Shown here: one piece after another, positions 35,804 through 44,542 of the stretch
Layout: every line of letters starts with the position of its first letter
Numbering within the stretch: position 1 is the first letter of the stretch
Source: a virus
Lineage: Duplodnaviria; Caudoviricetes
Length of the DNA: 50,095 nt
IMG/VR virus record: IMGVR_UViG_3300048851_000169
Span: 1-50,095 of that record
Direction: 5' to 3' (one strand)
The notes under the pieces: model-generated
The model's input: only the letters and a program-made list of their open reading frames with translations
Databases searched by the model: none
Told to the model about the DNA's origin: nothing
Program-made: the position numbers and the translations under genes

Positions 35804-36267
35804 GCTGTGGCCCTCACAGGGCGTGCGCTGAAGCCGTCCCGGTAGGGCTTCGCCGCATTCTCCGAGAGGTTGACGTAGTGGGAGCCGTCGAAGGTCCTCA
35901 CGCGGGCCCCTAGACCCCAGGCGGCCATCATGAAGGCGCCCTCACCCACATAGTAGTCGCCATCACTCCGGGCCTTCTGGAACCGCTCGGCGACATGCTT
36001 CCAGCCATAGGTCGACCGCCGGCGGTTGAAGGACCCGATTCGAGGCGCCTGGTCGATGAACTCGGCAGCGCGGGTGACCTGGCCGACGCCCCAGGCGCCC
36101 AGCGTCTCCTCACGGAGGCGCTCATGTTCACCCTCAGGGCGCCGGCGGCGTACCGCCAGGGTCGCCATACCGCCCCACCACAGAGCGGGGTAGACACGGA
36201 GCCAGTGCTGGATCAGCGGAATGGCATCGGCCTTGATCTCGGCCAGGGTCAGGATTCGGTCGGTCAT
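35800..36267 (-). CDS. Hypothetical protein
   Basis: RSTYGWKHVAE...YVGEGAFMMAA motif; coupled via ATGA at both ends. Confidence 0.65.
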   Translation of the reverse strand: MTDRILTLAEIKADAIPLIQHWLRVYPALWWGGMATLAVRRRRPEGEHERLREETLGAWGVGQVTRAAEFIDQAPRIGSFNRRRSTYGWKHVAERFQKARSDGDYYVGEGAFMMAAWGLGARVRTFDGSHYVNLSENAAKPYRDGFSARPVRATA

Positions 36268-36662
36268 GCGAGGCTCCAGAAGGGCTTTGCTGGGACGGGC
36301 TTCGTGGGCTGCATGGCGCGCGCCCAGGCGCATTCCTCGATCGTGGCGAAGGCGTTGATCGCCTGCTCCACCACCCGGCTGTCGGCACAGCCGTAGAACG
36401 TTAGGATCTCGCCGAAGATCCACTCCGGCGTCATGTCGTGGTGTCCAGGCTTGAGCCACTCGCTGAAGCAGGCGCCCCAGCTGTAGGCGGCATCGTGCCA
36501 TTTACGGGGGATGCCCGTCCGGCCCCACTCTTCGCCACGCCCGTCCGGGATCACGAAGACCTCGGAGATGCGGCCAGCCGCATTGGTGTTGCAGCCGATC
36601 AGAGCCTTCGCTGCGGGGATACGTTGCTGCACTGCCTGCTCCTCAGAATGGAATGGGGTCAT
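36264..36662 (-). CDS. Hypothetical protein
   Basis: Operon position; start uncertain (ATG 36662 or GTG 36632 after GAGGAG). Confidence 0.55.
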   Translation of the reverse strand: MTPFHSEEQAVQQRIPAAKALIGCNTNAAGRISEVFVIPDGRGEEWGRTGIPRKWHDAAYSWGACFSEWLKPGHHDMTPEWIFGEILTFYGCADSRVVEQAINAFATIEECAWARAMQPTKPVPAKPFWSLA

Positions 36663-36951
36663 CGCTGATCGGCCGGCGGGGGCCGCCGCGGGTGGCTTGC
36701 GGGGTGGGATAGTCGCCTGGCGTCCGGGTGCGCCTCGGACCAGCGTTCTGGCCTTCCTGCGGGACACCATCCGGTGGCGTGACCTTCAGGGAGAAGAACC
36801 GGCCTTTGGCGCCCTCCTTCACCCAGGCAGCGATGCGGTACTCGACGCCGCCGATGGTGATGGTGCCGGTGTGGCTCGGGTGGTTGTCCGCGGTCCTCCG
36901 CTCATTGCGGAACAAGACCCCGGTCAGGTCGCGCTGCTGGAAGTCAGCCAT
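36643..36951 (-). CDS. Single-stranded DNA-binding-like protein (DUF736-like OB fold)
   Basis: GVLFRN...HPSHTG...AAW...FFSL; acidic tail DDPIPF. Confidence 0.7.
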   Translation of the reverse strand: MADFQQRDLTGVLFRNERRTADNHPSHTGTITIGGVEYRIAAWVKEGAKGRFFSLKVTPPDGVPQEGQNAGPRRTRTPGDYPTPQATRGGPRRPISDDPIPF

Positions 36952-36972
36952 GGTGGACTGCTCCGGCAAAAA

Positions 36973-37118
36973 GAAGGACATGAAGGACGTGAAGGAGATT
37001 ATACGGCCACCCTATACAAACTGTCAGACGTGTACGTGTGTGTGCGTCGGCAGGTAGGGATGTCTGACAGTTTCCACACGTTGACCAAAACATCTCCTTC
37101 ATCTCCTTCATCTCCTTC
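36973..37118. repeat. Symmetric iteron array, probable replication origin
   Basis: 3x GAAGGA(C/G)(A/G)T (36973-36999), 3x inverted ATCTCCTTC (37092-37118), and an inner 12-bp inverted repeat AAACTGTCAGAC/GTCTGACAGTTT. Confidence 0.8.
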
Positions 37119-39948
37119 ACTCCCCTTTCCCCTTCGAGCTGAGCTTCCATTTTGCGAGTCCCTTCTCCTGAGGACCTGCTTCGATCACCAGCTCAGACAC
37201 GACTCGATCGCGGTGCGCGCCAAGCCATTTGCCCAAGCGGAAGGAATTGACAGCGCCTTTGTCGTTGGCGACCACCAGCAGAGCCGCCCGAAAGTCGGGA
37301 TTTCTGTAGATGGGTTTCCCCCATTCCCCGGTCGAATGCTCGGTTGCGCGCTCGATTAGTTCTCGGACGGTGAGCTCAGTGCCTACGCCAATCACCTCCC
37401 TCCACTGCTCCAGGATGTTGTTCAGAGCTTCCAGCTTTGGATCGCTGGCACGCGCCTCCTCCATGGTCGAGACAGGATCAGCCTCCCCAAGCCAGATCAG
37501 CGCTCCCCGAACCCAGTCACTCCAGTCCCTGAAAGAACCGAGCGGGGCGACCTGTTCGGGACGACCCGCGACGTGGAAGGCCCGGAGGATGGTCAGCGCC
37601 GCAGCCAGGTACCGCCCTCGACGCGCTTTGACCGTCTCGACCGGGTCGCGGTCGAAGGTGCGAAGTTCAGGGCGCTCGCATTGCGCATCGATCCGGCAGA
37701 GCAGCGCCCGACGGGTCATGTCGCCGACCAGGATCAGGTTGTTGCCGGTTGCTGTGACCATCGCGTTCGAAGGCAGCTTCGGCGCCTCGGACTTCCCAAG
37801 GATGCGTGCCCGCACCATGGTTTGAGTCAGGATCTGGCAGAGGATATCGCCACCCAGCGGCGCGTCGCAGTTGTCGATCGGGATGAAGGCGTCGCCTGCG
37901 AGAAGGAGCGCGCCGATGCGCTTCTCCATCTCTTCCTCCGTCTTGCCCTGGGCAATGACCGGCGCCTCGTGCCCCGAGCAGATAAGGCAGGCCAAATCCA
38001 CCAGGATGGACTTCCCCGACCCTGCTGCCGGAGCGGTGTAGGCGTGGAGCGGAGCGGTGCGTAGGGATCGACGGATCACCCCCGTGAGGATGGCTGACAG
38101 CGCGACGGATCGGCTTGCCTGGTTTACGAAGGGAAAGGTGCCGATCAGATCGACCAGTAGGTTGCGCGCCGCATCCGCATCGTCATGGGTCGGGTATTCC
38201 AGGATCTCCGGCACCTTTAGCCCGCGGAGGTCGAGGCGCAGGCCGGTGGCGGCGTCATAGCCCGGCGTAGCCAGGATAGAGCCATCCGGCCGGAGGGTTG
38301 GGGCATTGATGATCCCCGAGAGCGTCGGCAGGCGCCAGTGCCCCTTCCGGTCACGCAGCGTGTCCGCGATCTTGGCTGGTGCGTCGATCGAGACCCAGTC
38401 CTCAGCCCGGCCATCGTACTTCTCCCAGTCCGCCGCGCGCGTCATCTCCTCTGCCAAGGCGTGCGTACCCATCTCAATGATGCTGGGCATCTCGATCTCA
38501 CCCTTCTTAGGCACCGTGATGCGCACCATGCCGGGGCGGACGATGATGGATCCGCGCTGGTAGATTTCGGCCGGCGAGCGGATCAGCGCATCCTCAGCCT
38601 GATCGACGATCTCAGGCAGCTTGCCGCCCACGTAGCGGATCAGCGGGGGCTGGAAATACTGCTCTTCCTGCTCATCCTGGGCCGGCGGCTGACCCTCAAC
38701 CTCGACCGCCTCAGCCACCAGGAAACGCTTCTTCATCAGGTCGGCCGGCGTCAGCCAGCCTTCGGCCAGGATCTTTCGAAGAAAGTACAGACGATCCCGG
38801 CCGTCGCAGTGGCCATGGCGGCAGTGATAGACGAAGCCGCGGTTATCCGCCTCGCTCGCATTGACGATGAAGGTGGCGCCATCCTGCCCGGCGTTGGTGT
38901 GCTCTTCCTCGTTGGCACAGAGGATATGGTGCTTGACCCCATCGGCGACGTGCCCGGTGAAGATCGCCGGCTTGACCGCGCGGAGGGCATCCACGATCTG
39001 GAAGCGCGCGCCGAAGCGCTTTGACCAGCGCGCCAGGTCGAACACCTCGCCTGTCTGCGGATCAGCGTACTCCACCGCGTCATCGACGGGCTTCTTCTTG
39101 GTCCGGGTGCGCTGCTTTGCCTCCTTCGGGGCGGGATCGTCGCCGCCTCCGAACAGCGTCTGACCGGGCGTTGCCAAGGCGAAGATATCGCAGGGCTGGC
39201 CCTCGATCACCGATGTCTCAGACGGCGGGCCATTCGGCGCCCTCCGCGGTAGGAAGAACAACCGCGAGGTATCCACACAAGCCTGGTCGTGGTCGAGGTC
39301 CAGCGCTTCCGCCAGGGCCTCAATGCGCTCCTTCCAGACCGCGTTCGCCTGGGCCTGCTTGCTGTAGCTTGCCGCCAGCCAAGGGGTAGCCAGGGGGAAC
39401 GCGATGCGGAACTTCGGGCAGGGCTGGTGCTCGAAGAAGATATACTCGCCCTGCTCCTCCGCGATGCGAGCGCCCTCAGCGACGCGCGGGAGGTAGCCCT
39501 TTTCCTCCTCCAGGAACCCCGCCGGCAGAAACTCGGCCCGTGTACCCTCACCGGCGGCCTTGGCCACGTAGCGGTCCCAGTTGATCCGCTTCACCTTGGT
39601 GCGGGTCGAGAGATTGGAGTGGCTGGAGGAGACGATGGCAGCCCAGCCCTTGTGGCGGATGGAGCCCTCGATCTCGTCGAGCGTGAAGCCGGCGTCGCTG
39701 TCCAGGAAGGCGACGTCGATGCGTTCCGCCTCGAGCTTCTTCCGACGAGTGCCGTAGAAGGTGGCCGGCACGATACAGGTGCCTTCCTTCGGACCGACGG
39801 CATGCGTGGTCAATATCGACACGAGCTCCTGCCAGGTCAGCTCTCGCCGATCGGTCCAGTCTCCCGCCTGGTCATAGGTGCCGAAGGTAAAGCGATAGCA
39901 GCCAGATGCCTGAACGGCCCCGGCCGCGCTTCCGGTTTGGGCGTTCAT
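37117..39948 (-). CDS. Primase-helicase replication protein (AEP-like N-terminus, P-loop C-terminus)
   Basis: LDSD, SSHS, KFRIAFPL and DTSRLFFLP (AEP-like); C..H/CRHGHC Zn site; APAAGSGKS, IDN and TGNN...DMTRR (helicase). Confidence 0.8.
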   Translation of the reverse strand: MNAQTGSAAGAVQASGCYRFTFGTYDQAGDWTDRRELTWQELVSILTTHAVGPKEGTCIVPATFYGTRRKKLEAERIDVAFLDSDAGFTLDEIEGSIRHKGWAAIVSSSHSNLSTRTKVKRINWDRYVAKAAGEGTRAEFLPAGFLEEEKGYLPRVAEGARIAEEQGEYIFFEHQPCPKFRIAFPLATPWLAASYSKQAQANAVWKERIEALAEALDLDHDQACVDTSRLFFLPRRAPNGPPSETSVIEGQPCDIFALATPGQTLFGGGDDPAPKEAKQRTRTKKKPVDDAVEYADPQTGEVFDLARWSKRFGARFQIVDALRAVKPAIFTGHVADGVKHHILCANEEEHTNAGQDGATFIVNASEADNRGFVYHCRHGHCDGRDRLYFLRKILAEGWLTPADLMKKRFLVAEAVEVEGQPPAQDEQEEQYFQPPLIRYVGGKLPEIVDQAEDALIRSPAEIYQRGSIIVRPGMVRITVPKKGEIEMPSIIEMGTHALAEEMTRAADWEKYDGRAEDWVSIDAPAKIADTLRDRKGHWRLPTLSGIINAPTLRPDGSILATPGYDAATGLRLDLRGLKVPEILEYPTHDDADAARNLLVDLIGTFPFVNQASRSVALSAILTGVIRRSLRTAPLHAYTAPAAGSGKSILVDLACLICSGHEAPVIAQGKTEEEMEKRIGALLLAGDAFIPIDNCDAPLGGDILCQILTQTMVRARILGKSEAPKLPSNAMVTATGNNLILVGDMTRRALLCRIDAQCERPELRTFDRDPVETVKARRGRYLAAALTILRAFHVAGRPEQVAPLGSFRDWSDWVRGALIWLGEADPVSTMEEARASDPKLEALNNILEQWREVIGVGTELTVRELIERATEHSTGEWGKPIYRNPDFRAALLVVANDKGAVNSFRLGKWLGAHRDRVVSELVIEAGPQEKGLAKWKLSSKGKGE

Positions 39949-40448
39949 CAGGCCTCCTGGATCGTCAGGACCGCGCCGGGCTTCTCGCCATAGCGCTTGG
40001 ACACGTTCACATCGACCAGCTGCGCGTCATCGCGCCAGACGACACCGTTCAGGGCATCGGCGGCCATCTTCAGCGCATTGTCCGCGTCTGGCTTGCCCGT
40101 GGGCCGGATCTCTCCAGCCAACGCTGCGGCGCGCTTCTTCTTCGACCAGCTGTCCGGAACCATGACCGAGATGGCCATGCTGAGCGCGAGAGGCCCCCCC
40201 AGGCAGGGCTGCCCCACCTGCTCGATGGCACACGCCTTCATATGAGCCTCGGCGTTGACGGTGGCTTCCGGCGTGTAGGTGCGGCCGCGCCCGAACCGGG
40301 GGCGCTGTTTGCCGCGGATTACCCCCGGGATGGTGATGACCATCGGCGGGGGCGCGACGGCAGTGTCCGCCATGCTGCCACCCGCGGGCGTTTGCGGGTC
40401 AGGCGCGGAGGGAGGAATCCAGCCCACGGCTGAAGAGGGAGCGCTCAA
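39948..40448 (-). CDS. rusA: Holliday junction resolvase RusA
   Basis: GKQRPRF...YTP; KPDADNALKMAADALNGVVWRDDAQ. Start may be ATG 40373. Confidence 0.92.
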   Translation of the reverse strand: MSAPSSAVGWIPPSAPDPQTPAGGSMADTAVAPPPMVITIPGVIRGKQRPRFGRGRTYTPEATVNAEAHMKACAIEQVGQPCLGGPLALSMAISVMVPDSWSKKKRAAALAGEIRPTGKPDADNALKMAADALNGVVWRDDAQLVDVNVSKRYGEKPGAVLTIQEA

Positions 40449-40469
40449 GGCCGCCTCCCCCGGATACGC

Positions 40470-40904
40470 TCAACCCGGTCCTGAGCTCTCTCCAACATCC
40501 TGCGCAGGCGGCGCAGTCGCCACGACACGTAGTCGCGCCACAAGATTGCGAGCCGCAGCCGCATGAAGGTCGTCCTCTTGGATGCGGGCCAGGAGTGCGT
40601 CGACGGCAGCCAGCTCATGGTCCACACGCACGCGCTCGGCGGCGGCACGGACCCGGTCGGCGATGTGCGTCGGCACCGTAGCCATTTCTGCGTAAGCCAG
40701 GCGCTTAGCCTGGTTTGGGGTAATGCCAGCCTGTCGGGCCGCCCAGGCAAGGGCGCCCTTTAGGCCATCGCCGCTCCACAACCCTGCGATGGCGCGGATC
40801 TTGTGGCGCATCTCATCCCGGATGCGATCCGGCGTGGGTGCGGCAGCGTTAGCGGCGGCATACATCGGCTTGAATTCTCTCTGCGGAGAATGGAATTCCG
40901 GCAT
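40470..40904 (-). CDS. Hypothetical HTH-like protein
   Basis: KGALAWAARQAGITPNQAKRLAYAE. Confidence 0.5.
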   Translation of the reverse strand: MPEFHSPQREFKPMYAAANAAAPTPDRIRDEMRHKIRAIAGLWSGDGLKGALAWAARQAGITPNQAKRLAYAEMATVPTHIADRVRAAAERVRVDHELAAVDALLARIQEDDLHAAAARNLVARLRVVATAPPAQDVGESSGPG

Positions 40905-40954
40905 CTAGGAACTGGCCCCTGTCACGATTGCGCTTGTCGAGAGCAGCAATGTGA

Positions 40955-41275
40955 GTGACGAGGAGGACCGCGATGGAGTTGGATTGCGGCGTATCGCACG
41001 ACCGCCTTGCGACGCGGGTCCGCGTCGACCGGGTGCTGAATGCCGCAGAACTGGAAGAACTGATCTGGAGCCTAGTGGCCTGCAGGGCTGACATGGAGCC
41101 CCGCAGGCTGCCGGTCATGTTCACGGGCGGGCGGATAGTGCTCGGGGCCGGCCTGCACGTGCAGCGTCGGGAGGATGGGGAGGTTCTGCTGGCAGTGCAC
41201 CACCCCGGGCTTGGGTGGGTTGGATCCAATGCTGGCGCCACAGCGCTAACCGCCGCGGTAGCAGCCGGCCGATGA
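40955..41275 (+). CDS. Hypothetical protein (opposite strand)
   Basis: GAGGAGG before ATG ~40973; LAVHHPGLGWVG motif. Confidence 0.55.
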   Translation: MTRRTAMELDCGVSHDRLATRVRVDRVLNAAELEELIWSLVACRADMEPRRLPVMFTGGRIVLGAGLHVQRREDGEVLLAVHHPGLGWVGSNAGATALTAAVAAGR

Positions 41276-41282
41276 CGGGTGT

Positions 41283-41771
41283 TCACTCCGAGATGCCCAG
41301 GATCTCAGCCATGGGCGTCTCGGGGCTGTCCTCCCACTCCGGGTGCTCGTCGATCACCTGCTGCAGCCGCCGCGTCGTGGCTGTCATCTCCTCGGCCTTG
41401 CGACGGCGGAGGGTGATCACCTGCCGCAACTCCGGGAGCGTCATGCGCAACACCTTCTTGCGCACGGCGTCCGAGCTCTCATCCATCGCGGCATGCTCGG
41501 TCAGCCAGTGGTCGAACCCCGGTGCGGTCTCCGCGAAGTCAGACTGGCGTGCGACCGCCGCCGTGCGTTGGGCCAGCGCGCGCTCCGGCTTGTTGCCCGT
41601 AATGGCCACGCTGGCGCCAAGGCGGCAAAGGTCGGCGACGTGCCGCGGCAGGTCCAAGCCATCGGTGACGCGGTGGAACAGCAGGTTGCTGGCCTCACGG
41701 GTACGGAAGCCCGCCCCATCGGCATCCAGCTCTGCGATGACTTCCCGCGTCAGTTCACTCAGCGTCGTCAT
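41283..41771 (-). CDS. Hypothetical protein coupled to the ParB-like gene
   Basis: AAGGAAGG RBS; overlaps the upstream gene end. Confidence 0.65.
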   Translation of the reverse strand: MTTLSELTREVIAELDADGAGFRTREASNLLFHRVTDGLDLPRHVADLCRLGASVAITGNKPERALAQRTAAVARQSDFAETAPGFDHWLTEHAAMDESSDAVRKKVLRMTLPELRQVITLRRRKAEEMTATTRRLQQVIDEHPEWEDSPETPMAEILGISE

Positions 41772-42711
41772 CAAAGAGACCTTCCTTGATGGAGGGGAGG
41801 AATTCCTCAAGCTCGGTGAGCAGCGCCGCTGCTTTGGTCGCCATCACCTCCGGGCAGTCATGCTGGTAGGCGCGCTTCATGGCCGCGATGACGTCGCCGA
41901 TGCGGGTCATCAAGTCGCTCCACTGGATGGAGGCCGGGTCGCTGAGGCGCGCGATAGCAGACGGGAGAGGCGCGGGCTGGCCGGGGAGCGGGAGGTAGGG
42001 GCCTGGGCCTTGGGCGAAGGTGCGGGCGGAGGGGATAGGCGGGGTCGGCGGCGGAGGTGGTACGGTGGAGGCGGCGACGGTCGCCTCCTGTGCCGCCACT
42101 GTCGCCACATCGGTTTGAGAACTAGCGGCGTACTGCCGTTTGTTCTCAAGGACCTTTCCGATACCCCTCTGAGACATACCCTCGCGCTCAGCAATGGCCC
42201 GCTGTGGCTCTCCCGCAGCTGCCGCGGCAGCAATCCGCGCATTCCGCTCGCGCTCAGCAGCATCGCGAGCCGCCGCCGTCAGATCTCGCGCCCAGCGCTC
42301 CGAGCAGGCAAGCAATTCACGGACGGCTGCCGTGTCGGTGGCCTCGCAGAGCTGGCAGCGAACCGCGATCTCGTAGCCCTTGCGGTAGTCGCCAGGCTCC
42401 CGGCGCTTGCCGTGCTGCGAGTTCGCGGCCAGCGCATGGCGCACCGCGTCCAGACGCGTACCCTGCTGGATGTCCGCCTTGATCTCAGCGGCGTCATCAC
42501 CGGCTTCCCGTGCCACCACCTTAGCCGCGGCGAAGCGGTGATAACCATCCGCCAGCCAATGTTCGGAGCCATCAAAGAAGACAGTGATGGCTGGGAAGGT
42601 CGCACCTTCCTTCATGCGATGCGCGTACTCGGCAACCGTCTCTTCGTCGAGCCGAACGCGGGACTGGCAGTCCTCGTCGTAGCGGATTTTAGCCAGAGAA
42701 ACAGGCATCAT
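41755..42711 (-). CDS. ParB/Srx-like N-terminal domain protein with C-terminal HTH
   Basis: VAEYA..M..G..FPAITVF...WLADGYHRFAAA...AN..HG; QRAIAEREGMSQRGIGKVL. Confidence 0.8.
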   Translation of the reverse strand: MMPVSLAKIRYDEDCQSRVRLDEETVAEYAHRMKEGATFPAITVFFDGSEHWLADGYHRFAAAKVVAREAGDDAAEIKADIQQGTRLDAVRHALAANSQHGKRREPGDYRKGYEIAVRCQLCEATDTAAVRELLACSERWARDLTAAARDAAERERNARIAAAAAAGEPQRAIAEREGMSQRGIGKVLENKRQYAASSQTDVATVAAQEATVAASTVPPPPPTPPIPSARTFAQGPGPYLPLPGQPAPLPSAIARLSDPASIQWSDLMTRIGDVIAAMKRAYQHDCPEVMATKAAALLTELEEFLPSIKEGLFDDDAE

Positions 42712-42935
42712 TGGCGGTCCCCTGTTTCCGCGGCAGGAAGATCACCAGTAAGAAAGTCGGCGGGAATGATGGCTTCCAACCTGCAGAGGGTCTCGCGGGT
42801 CGGATTCCAGTCCGGGGAGTCAAAGTGCCGAAGCACGGTGTCCCGAAGGCCGGCTCGGACTGCCAGACGGCCCTTCGCCAAACCGGCGGCCTCTGCGAAT
42901 GCGCGGATGCGGCGAATGGAAGCTTCAATCTGCAT
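42708..42935 (-). CDS. cro: Cro-like repressor
   Basis: Small HTH (GLAKGRLAVRAGL...WNPTRETL) divergent from cI. Confidence 0.7.
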   Translation of the reverse strand: MQIEASIRRIRAFAEAAGLAKGRLAVRAGLRDTVLRHFDSPDWNPTRETLCRLEAIIPADFLTGDLPAAETGDRQ

Positions 42936-42942
42936 GCCAGCC

Positions 42943-43008
42943 AAGCTAACCGCATTTCAATGCGAGTTCAAGCCACTTCGCATTACAATGCGATCGCGTT
43001 GGAATGCG
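42943..43008. promoter_or_regulatory. OR-like triple operator and pR-like promoter
   Basis: CGCATTTCAATGCG (42951), CGCATTACAATGCG (42979) and CGCGTTGGAATGCG (42995); minus-strand TTGAAC-N17-TAGCTT. Confidence 0.85.
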
Positions 43009-43028
43009 GAGTTGTGTCAAACAGCACC

Positions 43029-43766
43029 ATGACCGCGACCGAATCTGAAAATCTCAGAGAAATCCTGCTTCAATGGTCTTCCGACCGGAAAATGTCGGTT
43101 AATCGGTGGGCCAAAGCGGCCGGCATTGGCGAAAGCGTGTTGCGTAATTTCCTTAGCGGCCGGTCCACTACCCTGACCTATTCAACGCTTGACGCGCTTG
43201 CCGAGGCGCTAGATGTGTCTGTTAGTCGATTGTTATCAAAACGGAATACTGAACTTGAACTTATCCCACTGAATACTGAGGTAGCGGCTGATCGGAAGGC
43301 AGCAGCGTATGCCGGAAAATTTGGCAACCGAAAAACTATTGCGTTGCCAGAAGATAGAAGATTTCCAGAAATTACTAGATACGCTGCAAATATATTGGAC
43401 GACTCTGCTGACCAATATTATTCTGAGAATGATATTGTAGTATACGTTCACTATGAAGATTTGAACATTCCTGCCAAAGTCGGTGACAGGGTGATTTGTA
43501 TAGAGGCTTGGGATAACGATAGTCTGGAATATCATTCAGAGCCACTACGTGCAGTCACCCGCGTTAGTGTCCGAGAGGTCGTGAACGACGCGGAGCAGGT
43601 TTGGCTGGCGCTCCGATCTCGGTCTCCTCGCTGGAACCAGCATATCAAAGCTCCAGCTTCGGTGCTTGAGGAAGACCAGGAGCAGGATGCAATCTCGTTC
43701 ATTCATGAAGATGGCCATCACGTCTACATCTGGGGCAAGATTATCGGTGCCTATAAGCTAGAGTGA
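43029..43766 (+). CDS. cI: CI-like repressor (XRE HTH + degenerate S24-like domain)
   Basis: SVNRWAKAAGIGESVLRNFLSG...TLDALAEALDV; C-terminal IWGKIIG; flanked by operators. Confidence 0.85.
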   Translation: MTATESENLREILLQWSSDRKMSVNRWAKAAGIGESVLRNFLSGRSTTLTYSTLDALAEALDVSVSRLLSKRNTELELIPLNTEVAADRKAAAYAGKFGNRKTIALPEDRRFPEITRYAANILDDSADQYYSENDIVVYVHYEDLNIPAKVGDRVICIEAWDNDSLEYHSEPLRAVTRVSVREVVNDAEQVWLALRSRSPRWNQHIKAPASVLEEDQEQDAISFIHEDGHHVYIWGKIIGAYKLE

Positions 43767-43767
43767 C

Positions 43768-43812
43768 CGCACTGGAATGCGAATCCCGTTGACGGAACCG
43801 CATTATAATGCG
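43768..43812. promoter_or_regulatory. OL-like double operator
   Basis: CGCACTGGAATGCG (43768) and CGCATTATAATGCG (43799). Confidence 0.85.
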
Positions 43813-43847
43813 AAGTAGTCTCCGTACCCAACGGAGGCACCCTCACC

Positions 43848-44111
43848 GTGCGTTCCACCACCTCGAATTCCCGCACGGCCCGCGCCCGGCGCCGCCGTGC
43901 CTTCACCGCCCTCGACCATCGGCGCCACGCGCAGGACCTGCGGCGCCTGGCCGAGATCGCGAACGATCCTGACGCCGGCAAGGATGCTCTCGACCGCGGC
44001 TGGCGTGCCCTGTGCCGCGCCGACGCCTGGGAGGCCCTGGCAGAGGGCGATGCCCGCTTGGCCCGCTCTTATCATCGTGCAGCGATCCGGCCGGCGAGCG
44101 TGCTGGCATGA
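43848..44111 (+). CDS. Arg-rich early hypothetical protein
   Basis: GGAGG RBS, GTG start; first gene after OL. Confidence 0.55.
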   Translation: MRSTTSNSRTARARRRRAFTALDHRRHAQDLRRLAEIANDPDAGKDALDRGWRALCRADAWEALAEGDARLARSYHRAAIRPASVLA

Positions 44112-44542
44112 GCACGACCACTCGCAAGGACAAGGCCTTCGCCAAACCGCCCGCCGTGGTCGCCACCGCCGGCGCTCTTCAACTTGACACGCATCGTCTC
44201 ACCAATGCGGAGATCCTGCGCGCCGCCCAGCCCGGCTGCGTGACTGACACCCACTGGGCAAGCTTGCAGCAGCACAGCGATCTGCAGGCAATGCTGCAGC
44301 ATGTGGCGCGCGACACCGCCGAGCGTCTTGCCGGCGCGGCGAGTGCGCTGACCTACATGACGTCCTTCTTCGCCATGAACGACCGCCATCGTGGGATGCA
44401 GTTCATTGCTGCCTCCTTGCGTGATCAGTCGCGCCTGTTGGCAGCGGCGGTCGGTGCCATCGAAGACAGCTACAAGGCTGAGGACGCCACCGCGGCAGCA
44501 CAGGCCGAGGCACGTGCGGTGAAGCGGAGGGTGGCACAGTGA
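44108..44542 (+). CDS. Hypothetical protein
   Basis: ATGA-coupled early operon. Confidence 0.6.
   Translation: MSTTTRKDKAFAKPPAVVATAGALQLDTHRLTNAEILRAAQPGCVTDTHWASLQQHSDLQAMLQHVARDTAERLAGAASALTYMTSFFAMNDRHRGMQFIAASLRDQSRLLAAAVGAIEDSYKAEDATAAAQAEARAVKRRVAQ

Noticed and set aside
36973-37118. Repeats as a CRISPR array or as the coding EMKEMKEM ORF (36944-37150)
   Set aside because: 9-bp tandem units without spacers, no cas genes; the symmetry fits an origin.
42711-43028. 106-aa N-terminal extension of CI in the ORF track
   Set aside because: Overlaps cro and the operators; the HTH begins after ATG 43029.
43789-43821. pL promoter TTGACG with TATAAT or TAGTCT
   Set aside because: Spacers are 9 and 21 bp, non-canonical; a promoter is likely here but cannot be placed.
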